Part shown: positions 37,940 through 49,715 of the stretch, piece by piece
Position numbering within the stretch: position 1 is the first letter of the stretch
Layout of the letters: every line of letters begins with the position of its first letter
Assembly: GCA_965235115.1 (NCBI GenBank)
Contig: OZ249436.1
Coordinates: 49,166,001 to 49,230,000, forward strand
Source of the DNA: Laetmonice hystrix
Taxonomy: Eukaryota
DNA length: 64,000 nt
Reading direction: 5' to 3'
Translations under genes and position numbers: made by a program
The notes under the pieces: generated by a model
The model's input: the letters and a program-made list of their open reading frames with translations, nothing else
What the model was told of the DNA's origin: nothing
The model's database searches: none

Positions 37940-38834
37940 GTGAGTACGCCTACAAGGGAATTTGCTATGGTTCGGAAACTGGCACGTTTTGGTTGCGGAG
38001 GATGTTGGTTGTTGGTAAGTGGGTGTCTCTGAGATAACTTGGTCGTGATAAATATAAAATAGACATTCTGGATGGTTTTAAAAATATTTGCATATGAGGA
38101 CGCATGTGTTTCATGATCATTATATTCGATCAAAAAGCAATAGTTTCAGGGGCGACGCGGTCTTGAGACTTTTGAACCCCCATTTTGAACGAAAAATTAT
38201 GTACATTGTATTCATATTAATATGAAAGTGTAAATTTGTTATCATGTCACATAGATAATATGGATTACATACCATAATTGGACCCAGGAGGTTATCTGCC
38301 CTTTTAAAGCTGTGACAAAACTTCGGCTATCTCGCCAGAGGGCGTACTTTTCCAGGTGTCTTCTTTCTCCGTCGTCAATCGATTTGATACTGTGCTACTG
38401 TAACTGCGCATTTACTTACCATTGGTCGTGTGTGATAGCATTCGTTTAAAAACTGAGATTAAATTAAAGAGAGAACTCACACATCTTTAGGTTATGACTT
38501 AAGAGGTTAAAAGACTTTGATCTTCGGTTTTCAGCGTTATTATGCAGTACATTCACCAACAAATTGTGGTATTTTAGTTGAACGTTCAAAGTGTAAACAC
38601 TACCTATCTTCACTACTTGAGCGGGATTGTAAGTCGTAACACCTACATCTTAGGGTGCGGGTTTGAGATCTGAACATAGTCATCATGATACCTCTTACCC
38701 CAATAGTAGTAGGTTTAATAATGCTAATATATGTCCTCCTTATTTGAGTTAACCAAGCCATAGCGTTAATTCTCCAAGCGAACTGAAAGGCCGTCTTCCT
38801 GGATTGAGTTTCCGGCCATTTTGATCTCTTTCAG

Positions 38835-39608
38835 ATGAACGCCAGGATTCGGGAGAACGGTCTAGTTCAAGTGCTGACGAGCCGGATACCACCATCTTAC
38901 TTATCCCACCCAAACCCAAGCTAGCCCCTATAGCCTCATGTGAGACATTGTCGGAAACCTCCGAGTTTCTGACCGAGGTGACCGAGTCGGAATCCTCGGA
39001 GTCGGCCGACGAACTGCCCGGTGTGACTGTAACCAACAACACTACCACACATATAACCTTCAGTATGGACCCGGATGATGACCTGACAGCCGACACATTG
39101 GATGTCACCCTGACTGTGCCTATATCCATGTCATCGGTGGCCTCCTCGGAGACTCTAGTGGGATCGGGATCACAGCCCACGAGTCCACGGGCACTCAGTA
39201 CGACAAGCTCAGACACTCTCGTCCCAACATCTCCACACTCGAGCCCAGCTGGCTCGCCAATCACAAGCCCCAAGAAGTTGACTATGAGTCCTCGCAAACT
39301 AGGCTTCAAACCAAAGAAATTCAATGCACCGCCAATTAAAATACCCCCAAGCAGCCAAATGGACGCACTTGCGTTGTCCCCAGCAACGAGCCCCAAGATC
39401 AGGCGAGCCCCGTCGCCAATCCGGAGGGCCACCTCGCCCCACTGCATGATACCGACAGGTGGGGTAAACTCGCCCATACCTAGCACCTCAACTCCCTCCC
39501 CACACCGATCCCCTGTCAGCTCACCCAAACTGAAGAAGGCCCCTTCTCCAATCAGTTACAGCTTGTCATCTCCTAATATCATCAACACTTTTACCAAGTC
39601 GCGATCAG
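38835..39608 (+). CDS. RASGRF: RasGRF exon K, 774-nt Ser/Pro/Thr- and acid-rich (PEST-like) insert, phase 1 to 1
   Basis: tctctttcag| acceptor; CAG|gtaaat donor; stop-free in the frame of ORF 38948-39838. Confidence 0.85.
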
Positions 39609-40089
39609 GTAAATTACAGCTGACGTTTTCCAGAAGAACTTGGAGTCAGTCAGTCAGTTCACTGCCAGTAATGCGAACTCGCAGTCACAGCCCTAATAAT
39701 GCAAATCACCCATTAACCCTTTACAGTTACACCTCATTGTTTGCAGTGCTTCGTTCGTGGTATAACGTTTGTGTGTGGCCACTCGTGGCAGAGATTTTAC
39801 TAGTTTTAGGTTTATGTTGTGTAGTGGTGGCTGTTTGAATGTACATCAAACCGATGTTGTCTGTAAACTGGCCATAACTGAGTGTCACGTGATCAACCAC
39901 GCAGGCAGGTAGAATCTACAAACAGAACATCACCTTTTTGTGTCGTACTAACGATTAATAGGAAGAGATCATTTAGAAACAAAGCGCCGCAGCAATGTTG
40001 ACTGACCATACAGTTTCCCTGTAGGGCTTTAGGTCCGAGCTAGCTTCGAGCGGGAAACTAAACGAGAACTCTACGATTAATATTACCAG

Positions 40090-40265
40090 GCCCTGGTTTT
40101 TAGTTTGCAAACTGAGTCTTAAGATTCAAATCTTAAGACTGAACTCTTGTTTTAGAGCGTCTGATTGTTCCTTCAAATGAAGTCAGCCAATGAGAGACCA
40201 TAACACAAGTCAGTCTTAAAATCCCAGTCTTAAGATTGGTAAAATGACGGACTAAAAACCGGCCC
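40090..40265. mobile_element. PIF/Harbinger-like MITE with a CAG target-site duplication
   Basis: cag|gccctggtttttagt ... actaaaaaccggccc|cag; imperfect 15-bp TIRs. Confidence 0.65.
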
Positions 40266-41875
40266 CAGGGTATATATTATATGAGAAGACTGCAAGGTGT
40301 GATGATTTGTCCAACACGGTTTGTTTTTGCTCCAAACCAGTCACCAGTAGCACGATTGATACCGATAGCAATGACCTAGAGCTAAGCCTACCTGTAGATC
40401 TGTGTGTAGTAGTTCTTAGTATCTGTTCTGTCCCATGTCAAAATATCTTTAATCTGCACTTAAGTATCTGAGCCTGCGCTTTGTCAATAATCCAGCTAGT
40501 GACGTTCAAAGAAAGATAACGTTTGAAAGTACGTGGCTAAATCCAATTCAGTGAACAAGAGAAATTTGTATATGAAAATTAATATAAAAAAGTAAGGCTG
40601 TGATAATTTCTTAGAACATGTACTACCAAAACAACTATTGTTATGTTACTTTCTTTTGGTCACAATTGCTGTTTGATTGTAGCACATAGCAGAGCCAAAA
40701 AAATTATGCATGACTTGTTTGGAATGAACTATAAAATGAAGAGCTACATTGACTAAAGATAACATTATGTTAACTATTAAATTAGTGGCCTTCGGGATAT
40801 TAGTGTCATATATCATTGCGGTTATTGCCTAAGCTAGTATTTTAAGTTTTAAGTTGATAATGCAAAAAACTGTAAAAGAAAATTGATAGCTCTTTGACTT
40901 TGAGAGAGTTGATATTTATGTTATTGCATATAGCCAAAACTCGCAAGCTGAATACGTAATGTGTGTTTCGTAATTTAAAGTGAAAAATGATTTGTTTAAA
41001 CGACAACCCACCAAAAGTCTTTTGAACCAATTCAGTAATCGGCGAGTCCCCACTTGGAGTAATTGTGTTTGACTTTTACAGTATTTATATTTCTCTTACA
41101 GTACAATTTGTGCCATATTTATAAATAGAACAGCTAGGAATTCTAACGTATCATGAATCTAAATTGCTAACGCTAAATGTAAATATAAGAACAAGCATGC
41201 GCTTAAAGAATGAGATTTAATTATAGAATAATAGATGTCCTCATCGCTTATCTTGATAAGAAGTTTGTTTTAAATTGATTTTGAGGTCAATGTTGCTTAT
41301 GTAATTATATGCAACCTGATTATTATTTGATTTGTAAAGGCATGCCACATTATGTAGACTTAATCCTTCTTCATTTTTTCATTCTAAATCTTGAAGCGAT
41401 CGGTTGATTAATGCTTGCAAAATATTTATTTTGAGAGGAACCCATCCAAGCAGATACTTTTTGTGACAACTCCCAAAATTTGATATATTCAGGTCTTTCT
41501 GAGAATCAATGACAGTAGATCAAAATTGTAACAACTGAAAAGAAATTCTCCCAGGAGACCCCTAAATCCAGCAGGGGCACAGTCAGTGCAGTACAGGTAC
41601 TTGGATTTTTCAAGCAGGGCTTTCCGGCGGAGGACAAATGGACGGAGGCGACCAGAGGGACCCATTATTATGAATGTTGTCAGTGACAGCCTTGCATCCC
41701 CAGCCTGGACCGGCCGGCAGTCTGTGACGTGAAACCATAATATAATTCTCAAGACGGAATCCCTGTCATAAGTCAGCAACCAACGGCTCACAAGGCTATT
41801 TCTGTGTGGGTTTGCGTGCTATGTGCTCTTTAATATAATGTGTGAGAGTTGAATTGGGCGTTCTGGTTTTTCTAG

Positions 41876-42011
41876 GGAAACGCGGAAGCGAGGCTTCGGA
41901 AGCGGGGAGCTCGTTCATGTCGCCGAGGAGCAGTTTCGCCGCGGCCGAGGGCTCGCCGCCCCAGGCCAAGGCAGGGACTGTTGTCACCTCCTCGCGGGCT
42001 TCAAAAAGAAG
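41876..42011 (+). CDS. RASGRF: RasGRF exon L (KRGSEASEAGSSFMSPRSS...AGTVVTSSRASKRR), phase 1 to 2
   Basis: ggtttttctag| acceptor; AAG|gtacgc donor; GTVVTSSR resembles the recalled vertebrate GVVMTSCR. Confidence 0.88.
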
Positions 42012-43045
42012 GTACGCATTCCGTGCTTCTACCATCCTCACCATGTGTACTGTTTACACTATTCTACTCTCTCAGGTCCTAATGAACGTACGAGTAAAGG
42101 GATGGGAGGGAGAGGGGTTGTAGGGGTCAAATATGCAAGGTCTATCTATACTACACGACTTATAAATAATGGGTTATCAACAGGATATTCTACATCAGGT
42201 GACCTGACTAATTTTGCTGTCTGAAAATTATTTCGTCGATTTAAACCTTCTATGAAAGATATTTCTTTTCTTAGCACTATGTGGTTATTTAAACAATACT
42301 GGGACGTTATCTTGCCAGTAATGTAAAGGAGTAGGCCGTAGATGTCTCAGCTTCTAGACAGCTTATTAATTAATGACATTGCTGTAAGTTGTAACGCCAG
42401 GCATTATTTTACTTTGGTCGGATATCTCAAATGTCATCATGCCAAATTGAGGATATTTTTCAAAATTATAACTTATAGAGTAATGTCTTCTTATAATCAT
42501 TATAACTTCTTATGCCAAATTACAATTTTGCATGGCATGTTTTTTTTATTCTATTTACAAATATTTACAACATTTATTTTTTCATATTTATTCAGTCCTA
42601 TTTTACGTGTAGTAGCGTCACCAGTTCACTGCATTTTTGATGTGAATATGTATTTTGTGAAGCAAAAAAGTGCAGTTTTTACATAGGTCTACACATAATT
42701 TCCACTGTTTTTTTCAGTAGAATTTTTTCTCATCACAAGATGAGAAGATACCTGTGCTGTAGTGTATCACAAGACCCCGATCTGTATCCAGTGAATCACG
42801 TTTCGTTTGCCGCTCTAGCCTGTTTCACCTGGGGACAGCGGGTTTTTTTCCGAGTACGCTGTAGATGGTAGATCGCACCGACTTTTTATTCATCATGATA
42901 TCTACGTGTTTCTGCATTCGTGCGTGAGATGTATTGGTGATCGTAGGTAGCCAAGTTGAACAGACGGCGAAGGAGAGACACTAAGATGATCTTATTCTGC
43001 CTTTTTGTTTATTTTTAGTTTGTATTATTTTGATGCTGTATGCAG

Positions 43046-43146
43046 GTCGAGCTCAACCGCTGCGACGGCCGCTTTCGCAGCGGCGACTGCAGGCTCAGCA
43101 AACCCCAAGGACCATCCCAAGGGAATATCTAGATATCCCAGTGCAG
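43046..43146 (+). CDS. RASGRF: RasGRF exon M (SSSTAATAAFAAATAGSANPKDHPKGISRYPSA), phase 2 to 1
   Basis: gtatgcag| acceptor; CAG|gtaggt donor; AAFA.ATAG motif. Confidence 0.92.
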
Positions 43147-43690
43147 GTAGGTCAGCTATCTATAACCCACCAGTCTACAAGATATTTCTTTACCAAGCTT
43201 GAACAAAATTAGTGTATATGAGATATAATTTTCTATATAGTCACATTTACATAAACTAAATGCACTGCGTGTCCTGTTGGTATTAGAGCTGTCAGAGGTA
43301 CATCCAGCCTCGACACCAGCGGGATTTGTTTTATTGTGTTTTTGGTACACAATCGTGGCGTCACTTTGATCTAATTGTAGTAGTGGAGTCCCGTTATGTC
43401 ATTTCATCATCTATGATTCTTTTATCACCTATAGTTTGAGTTGTAAAGTTGTTTTCATACTCTGTGGCTGCCTTATCGTTTATAATACCCCTTTCATACC
43501 CGGACTGAGGGCAATATAGTTGGTATTTTACTATACCGTCATGTCTCTTACTCTCTCGTATACCCTTGGATGTCGTTTCGGATGAGGATAAGAACAGTGG
43601 ATGGAGGAGCAGGGCAGGGGGTTTAGGTGTAGAAACCCCATTGAGTTATCCAACTATTGAGTTTGTGTGCCGTTAACGTGTATTTTGTAG

Positions 43691-43765
43691 GCGGGCCTAC
43701 CAGCAACATGGAGAGACACTCCGCAGACTATGCCAGTGTTTCAACCCTATCTCCTCTCCACCTAG
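43691..43765 (+). CDS. RASGRF: Putative optional RasGRF exon N (GPTSNMERHSADYASVSTLSPLHL), 75 nt, phase 1 to 1
   Basis: tattttgtag| acceptor; TAG|gtaacc donor; in frame and stop-free; no recognisable homology and not needed for the frame. Confidence 0.55.
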   Translation, partial: AGLPATWRDTPQTMPVFQPYLLST

Positions 43766-44405
43766 GTAACCTTGGTAACCAAACCCTACTATAAATAGTC
43801 TATATCTATATGTATCTACCACCAGTCCTCAGACCTATTGTTGCCATCGAGTAGGGATGCCTTGCAGTGTCGGTATGCCTTCAAGGGATAGAGCAATGCC
43901 ACCTAGCACCTCAACCCTTCACCCATCACCCATACCAATAATCTTAATTTATCGAAGTAGGTTCTAGATGCCCACTCTCGAGGCCCTTACATAAGATAGG
44001 ATACCAATAGAGTCTACATGGAGCATTGCTTGACTTCTAGAATAATCCAACCTAAGTTTTCCCTCGTAGAACTCGTAGGCCTATAGGTTAAATACAAAAT
44101 GTATCGTTGAAAGGTCGGAAAAAGTGATTTGATGTTTTAGTGTACTGTCATAATGACGATCGGTTGATGCCTACTGATCCTCTCCAATCCCGTCATGTAG
44201 ATAGGTCTGTGTATACTCGCACAGACAACAACCAGCTTCAGTCGTTAATAATTATAGCATAGATCTATGAGGAGCAGGCGAAACATTGAAATGTTGTCAA
44301 TATCCTGTCCTGTCATGTCCAATCCTCGCACTTAGTGTCCTTGCTGTTTACCAGCGCCCGGTTGTTCAAGACTTAAATTCTTGCTTAAGCTTAGCTAACG
44401 CATCA

Positions 44406-44807
44406 GGGCCCAGTTCGTAAAAACCTGAGAGCTTGCTTAAGCTTAAGGCTTCAGACCAGCCAATCAAAATCGTTAAGCTTAAGGCTTCAGACCAGCCAAT
44501 CAGAATCCTGAAGCTTAAGGGTTCAGAGCAGCCAATCAGAATCGTGAAGCTTAAGGGTTCAGAGCAGCCAATCAGAATCGTGAAGCTTAAGGCTTCAGAT
44601 CAGCCAATCAGAATCGTTAAGCTTAAGGCTTCAGACCAGCCAATCAGAATCGTGAAGCTTAAGGCTTCAGACTAGCCAATCAAAACCGTTAAGCTTAAGG
44701 CTTCAGACCAGCCAATCAAAACCGTTAAGCTTAAGGCTTCAGACCAGCCAATCCGAATCGTTAAGCTTAAGCTTAAGCAAGATCTTAATGTTTTACGAAC
44801 TGGGCCC
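44406..44807. mobile_element. Harbinger-like MITE carrying an internal 36-bp tandem array (~9 units)
   Basis: Perfect 17-bp TIRs gggcccagttcgtaaaa / ttttacgaactgggccc; internal unit aagcttaaggcttcagaccagccaatcagaatcgtt. Confidence 0.82.
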
Positions 44808-45707
44808 TGATTGGCTCGTCTAAGTTTGAGAACTTAAGTTGTAAAAACAACCGGGACCAGGTGGTCTGCTTCTCTTAATGGCTTCATAGTAATATTGTTG
44901 ATTGTCGGTCTTGGCCTACAGTTTGCATCCACAAAGGGAATTCGAGATGATTTCTTGCTTCTATATGTACAAAATCCTGAAAATTTCGTTTGTCAAAAGT
45001 GGCAGGTCCTACCTGTTTGGTCATTAATCAACTCGGTCGTCGGTGGACAAGTACGTGCATGCTACACGTTAAATGATGCCCTATGTACATGATTGTCTAA
45101 CTGGACGCAAGCTTGCCATGTACACATTAATTGTAGAATAATCGAGAAATAGTCGCTACTTCGCATTTGTGTCTTCATGTATACTGATATGCAAATTCAT
45201 GACATAATACACATGCATACATGCATGATTCCCTTGAACGTAATATTAATTGTGTACCTAAACACGTGTGTGCACACACAAACACAAAGCGGGGGGGGGC
45301 GCATGCATGGACTGGTGTCCATCATTAAAAAAATGGAGAGAATCTGAGAAGTTTCGGGTTTGAATTAATGGCTCGCTGCATGCCTCTATGGTCAATATTT
45401 CTCATTCCCGTGATATCACGATACCCGAAGTCGTTTTCCTATATCTGATTTATTGCATCTCATATAGTAACAGCATTTCTTCAAATCTGAATATGAGATA
45501 TATAATTTACATATTTGAAAACCATTGAAATCTGAAGCCATGTATTATCCCTTTGAGTCAGAGTGTATGGTTAGGCTTTATGTCCTGTCCTATTATACCG
45601 TCATATTACACGCATAGTTTCACGCCATACGTCCGACTTCATACAGTGTACTCATTGATTATACCGAGTGCTCTCCTCACGGCCGGGTTGTGTTTGGTGT
45701 TTGACAG

Positions 45708-45823
45708 GACCAGGCGACCTCAAACCACATCACCTGAGTAAGAAACGGGAGTCGGTGATCAGTACGGCAGCCACCATGAGGGTTCTCAACGTGCTGCGGC
45801 ACTGGGTGTCCAAACATAACCAG
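45708..45823 (+). CDS. RASGRF: RasGRF exon O, REM C-part (PGDLKPHHLSKKRESVISTAATMRVLNVLRHWVSKHNQ), phase 1 to 0
   Basis: ggtgtttgacag| acceptor; CAG|gtacgc donor. Confidence 0.95.
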
Positions 45824-46303
45824 GTACGCCATCACCACGCCTCCTCCTCCTCCTCCTGGTGCTCCCCCTCCTCCTCCTCCTGGTGCTCCTCCTCCTTCCC
45901 CTCCTGCTTCTCCTCCTTATCCCGCCCTACTCTTTGTCCTTTCTCCTTCACCTTCCTTTATCCTCCCCTCCCTAGCTCCTCAAATTTTCGGTGGATTTTA
46001 AAGTCTCGGTATTCATGCATACTTGTACGGAAATAAAGTTGGTTTAAGCGCCCATCATTAGTACTTGCAGCAATGAATAAATTAGAGGATTTATAGAGCA
46101 AGTCTTATTTTGGCTCTGTATTGAATGTAGTGAAGAAAATTCATTCTTGAGTGTAAATGTTGCTATGAGTCAAGGGAAGGCCTTGTAAGTAGTATAGGGA
46201 AAAGATTCTAAGTCTCAGGCTCCGCTTGAGCCGGTGTCTGTACATATGTAACCATGCTATTTGGACCGGTACTAGTGCAGGCCGTTTGTTGTGAATGATA
46301 CAG

Positions 46304-46486
46304 GACTTCGAGGCTGACATGGAGCTGAAGAAAGGAGTGAAGGATCTGCTGGAGGAAATGGTGTGTAACACTTGCCTCCTACCAGCCGAGCACAAGGCGG
46401 CGGCGTCCATTCTCCGGGTACTAACCAAGGAGGAGGAGGGCGGTAAGATGAAGGTCGACCTCAACGACCTCCTCATGCCGCCAACG
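46304..46486 (+). CDS. RASGRF: RasGRF exon P (DFEADMELKKGVKDLLEEMV...EHKAAASILRVLTKEE...MPPT), phase 0 to 0
   Basis: gatacag| acceptor; ACG|gtacgt donor; 183 nt. Confidence 0.94.
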
Positions 46487-46963
46487 GTACGTCTCCTCAA
46501 TACTTACAAATAAATCTTTGTTTAAATCCGAACTTCAAGCCTCACGGCCCGTTTTTTTTCAAAACTGAAACCGGTACTTTGTCCCCAGTACACCCTGGCA
46601 CTATGGTAAAAATCTATATAACTACAAATAATACGAAAACATGACAATAGTTGAGATATCCGCCACAATACTGTGAGGATAGCATCAAGACTGCGACAGA
46701 AAATTGGCCTAAACTCGCCCCAGAATTATTCGTTTCAATTCGAAACTTTACCAGTCCGTTCTCAATATCATGACCAATGATCTGTCACAGTAATGTATAT
46801 TGTATAGTATATATATAATATAGTACCGGTTAAAGTTTTTCCTTAAACTTAAGTATAACGCTTCTGATTAGCTGAAGCTTAAGAACAATAAGAAAAATAA
46901 AACTCCATGAAAGCTAGTTATATTATTCAAGAGAAGTGTACTGTGTAACTCTTTGTATTACAG

Positions 46964-47061
46964 ACTCCGACGAAAGACAACTTTGACACACTATCGGCCC
47001 TAGATATTGCCGAACAACTAACCTACCTAGACCACCAAATCTTCATGGCAATCAGGAGCGA
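46964..47061 (+). CDS. RASGRF: RasGRF exon Q, CDC25 start (TPTKDNFDTLSALDIAEQLTYLDHQIFMAIRS), phase 0 to 2
   Basis: ctttgtattacag| acceptor; GA|gttagt donor; IAEQLT motif. Confidence 0.94.
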
Positions 47062-47403
47062 GTTAGTCTGCTTTTTCTTTTTATCATATTGCAGTAGACT
47101 TCGTGAAACATCTTGAGAACTTCGAACAGTTAGAGGGATACAGACGTATAATAATATCTATAATATTTGTCTAGTCGGTATGTTCCCTCGGTTTGGTGTT
47201 GGCTCACTGTCTAATACTTGTATATGCAGTGGTTTTTACATGTAAGAAATATCGTCTAATCTTAGTGTAGTCGACTATTTTTATCAACCCCAAAATGCAC
47301 AAACGTTATATTCGTTCAAGTGTACTTTCTTTGGTAATGATAGATCATGAATCAGAGAAACCTGATACCCGGGTAAGTTGAATAAACAGCGTAACTTTTA
47401 CAG

Positions 47404-47488
47404 GGAATTATTGTGCCAAGCGTGGATGAAGCCAGATAAGTCGGCCAGGGCCCCACATGTTCTACTGGTCAGCAAACGATTCAATGAG
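47404..47488 (+). CDS. RASGRF: RasGRF exon R (ELLCQAWMKPDKSARAPHVLLVSKRFNE), phase 2 to 0
   Basis: acttttacag| acceptor; GAG|gtcagt donor. Confidence 0.95.
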
Positions 47489-47532
47489 GTCAGTGCCCGG
47501 GTCGTATCTATTGGGATGAAGGGTGGCAGCGA

Positions 47533-47588
47533 TCATAATGAGGTCATAATAAGGTCATAATAAGGTCATCATAAGGTCATAATAAGGC
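47533..47588 (+). repeat. 12-bp tandem repeat (cataataaggt-like) just inside the exon R donor
   Basis: cataatgaggtcataataaggtcataataaggtcatcataaggtcataataagg. Confidence 0.85.
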
Positions 47589-47677
47589 TCTCAGTAAATA
47601 TACCACCAACAATAACAATCTCTCACTAAGTGATATTCCGAGGGGGATTCGGTTTTTATAGAAGGGGGTTTGTTATG

Positions 47678-47940
47678 AGGGAAGTGATGTTGGCAGTGTT
47701 TAGCCTCAGGAAAGTGATGTTGGCAGTGTTTAGCCTCAGGGAAGTGATGTTGGCAGTGTTTAGCCTCAGGGAAGTGATGTTGGCAGTGTTTAGCCTCAGG
47801 GAAGTGATGTTGGCAGTGTTTAGCCTCAGGGAAGTGATGTTGGCAGTGTTTAGCCTCAGGGAAGTGATGTTGGCAGTGTTTAGCCTCAGGGAAGTGATGT
47901 TGGCAGTGTTTAGCCTCAGGGAAGTGATGTTGGCAGTGTT
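47678..47940 (+). repeat. 30-bp minisatellite (agggaagtgatgttggcagtgtttagcctc), ~9 units, ending 37 nt before exon S
   Basis: Direct inspection; ORFs 47591-47959 and 47630-47953 are repeat translations. Confidence 0.95.
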
Positions 47941-47977
47941 CAGACCTCATTGAGAGCATGTTGTTGGTTGTTGTCAG

Positions 47978-48175
47978 GTGAGCCGGCTGGTAGTGTCAGA
48001 GATTGTTCGCCGTCAGACCATGGCTGAGAGAGTGGCGTGTATAGAGAAGTGGGCGGCTATTGCTGATATCTGCCGCTGTATGCACAACTACAACGGTGTG
48101 CTACAAATCTGTGCCGCCTTCGTCAACAGCTCAGTGTACAGACTGAAGAAGACTTGGGAGAAGCTTTCCAAACAA
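47978..48175 (+). CDS. RASGRF: RasGRF exon S, CDC25 core (VSRLVVSEIVRR...IEKWAAIADICRCMHNYNGVLQI...VYRLKKTWEKLSKQ), phase 0 to 0
   Basis: ttgttgtcag| acceptor; CAA|gtaggt donor; 198 nt. Confidence 0.97.
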
Positions 48176-48197
48176 GTAGGTTCCCGTCACCACAGCT

Positions 48198-48461
48198 CAG
48201 TGGCTTATCCAGGGGGGTTTCCAAGTATCCCGGAACCACCCCACCCCCTCTTTGAATTTGTTTTTGTTTTTGTTAGAAAAAGAGTGTAAATTGCATTATT
48301 TTAACAACAGGAAATCTTCATATTTCCACGCAAGATGTCCCGAGCTTGCATTATTTGATGTCTTTTTTAAATTTCCCAGAGGAACATGGCCATCTCTGAA
48401 GTAGCTAAACCTCGAACCCCCCCCCCCCCCCCCTTAAAAAATATTTCTGGATTCGCCATTG
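48198..48461. mobile_element. hAT-like MITE
   Basis: cagtggcttatccagg ... ctggattcgccattg termini with internal poly-C; TSD not clean. Confidence 0.6.
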
Positions 48462-48860
48462 GAGCTCCTCTATAGGTCCTCGCCACCAGACCTCCTCAGG
48501 GACTCTGCCTCCAGGGTTGCAACACCTATTGCCTCAGATTATTTCACCAGAGGGCGCTGGCATTGGCAGCTGACCTAAAATGTCTAAAAAAAATGCCGTC
48601 CTAAAAAAATGCCGTGCTGCAATTTTCAAGTTAATTTTAGCATCTTTTACGATAATCTAATCAAAGTTGTTTTTTGAAGTCTGTAAATGGTATTCGCCTA
48701 GAGAATTTAAAAGCTGAAGGTGGATGCGTACAAGGCAATGTGAACATCTAGTCATGATCACAACAAAGCGTTTGATAAAGCCTTCCATAAGACAACTTGC
48801 ACGGATTGTAATAGTATGTGTTCTACAAAGGTTCCATGCCCAGACCATCGATATTTGTTT

Positions 48861-49078
48861 TACCGGTCCCATGCAGGCCGTCTAGTACCATTTGTAATCT
48901 ATTACCGGTCCTATGCAGGCCGTCTAGTACCATTTGTAATCTATTACCGGCCCCATGCAGGCCGTCTAGTACCATTTGTAATCTATTACCGGTCCCATGC
49001 AGGCCGTCTAGTACCATTTGTAATCTATTACCGGCCCCATGCATGTCGTCTAGTACCATTTGTAATCTATTACCGGTC
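48861..49078 (+). repeat. 42-bp minisatellite (taccggtcccatgcaggccgtctagtaccatttgtaatctat), ~5 units
   Basis: Direct inspection. Confidence 0.93.
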
Positions 49079-49161
49079 GTGTGTAGGCCGTTTAGACCCC
49101 AGTGATGAACATTATGACCTATCACCCCTGACCCCTGACCCCTGACCTCTGCCACCAACAG

Positions 49162-49359
49162 ACGAAGCAGATGATCGAGCGTCTCCAGACTCTGGTGTCG
49201 TCGGACGGTCGGTTCCGGAATATGCGAGACGCTCTCCATCGCAGTGACCCCCCGTGTATACCGTACCTGGGAATGTACTTAACCGACCTCTCCTTCATCG
49301 AGGAAGGCACTCCCAACATCACCGACGACCAACTCATTAACTTCTCCAAGATGCGTATG
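49162..49359 (+). CDS. RASGRF: RasGRF exon T, CDC25 helical hairpin ([18 protein letters not shown]...[22 protein letters not shown]...NFSKMRM), phase 0 to 0
   Basis: gccaccaacag| acceptor; ATG|gtgagt donor. Confidence 0.97.
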
Positions 49360-49646
49360 GTGAGTAACGATCTTCCTGTAGGCTTCCTATTGTCTAGGCG
49401 CCCAAATTATGTGTTTGTTTCAAGGACAAATTAGGGTCCATTTTTTGAGCTTCAGCTTTAAACTTCTAATTGGCTGTTCTACTGCAAGCGACCAATCAGA
49501 AGCGTGCATCTTAAGTAAGATTTGAAGTTTGTTTTAAAGAACTTGGCTCAGGCCATTTCAGCTGTTTTGTGATGGTTTTGTGATTATTAATTTGATTTAA
49601 AAACACTCAGGTGCAGTTGTCCTATAGAATGTTTTATCGGTTGCAG

Positions 49647-49715
49647 ATCGCCCATGTAATCCGGGAAATCCAGCTATTCCAACAGACAGCCTACAGGATA
49701 GAGCACCATAAGCGG
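49647..49715 (+). CDS. RASGRF: RasGRF exon U (IAHVIREIQLFQQTAYRIEHHKR), phase 0 to 0
   Basis: cggttgcag| acceptor; CGG|gtcagt donor; 69 nt. Confidence 0.95.

Noticed and set aside
38749-39528. 259-aa minus-strand ORF
   Set aside because: Antisense shadow of Ser/Pro-rich exon K; no independent features.
41489-41791. Coding-like GC-rich segment open on both strands in intron K-L
   Set aside because: No phase-1 acceptor/donor pair of adequate strength and no homology recognised; left unannotated.
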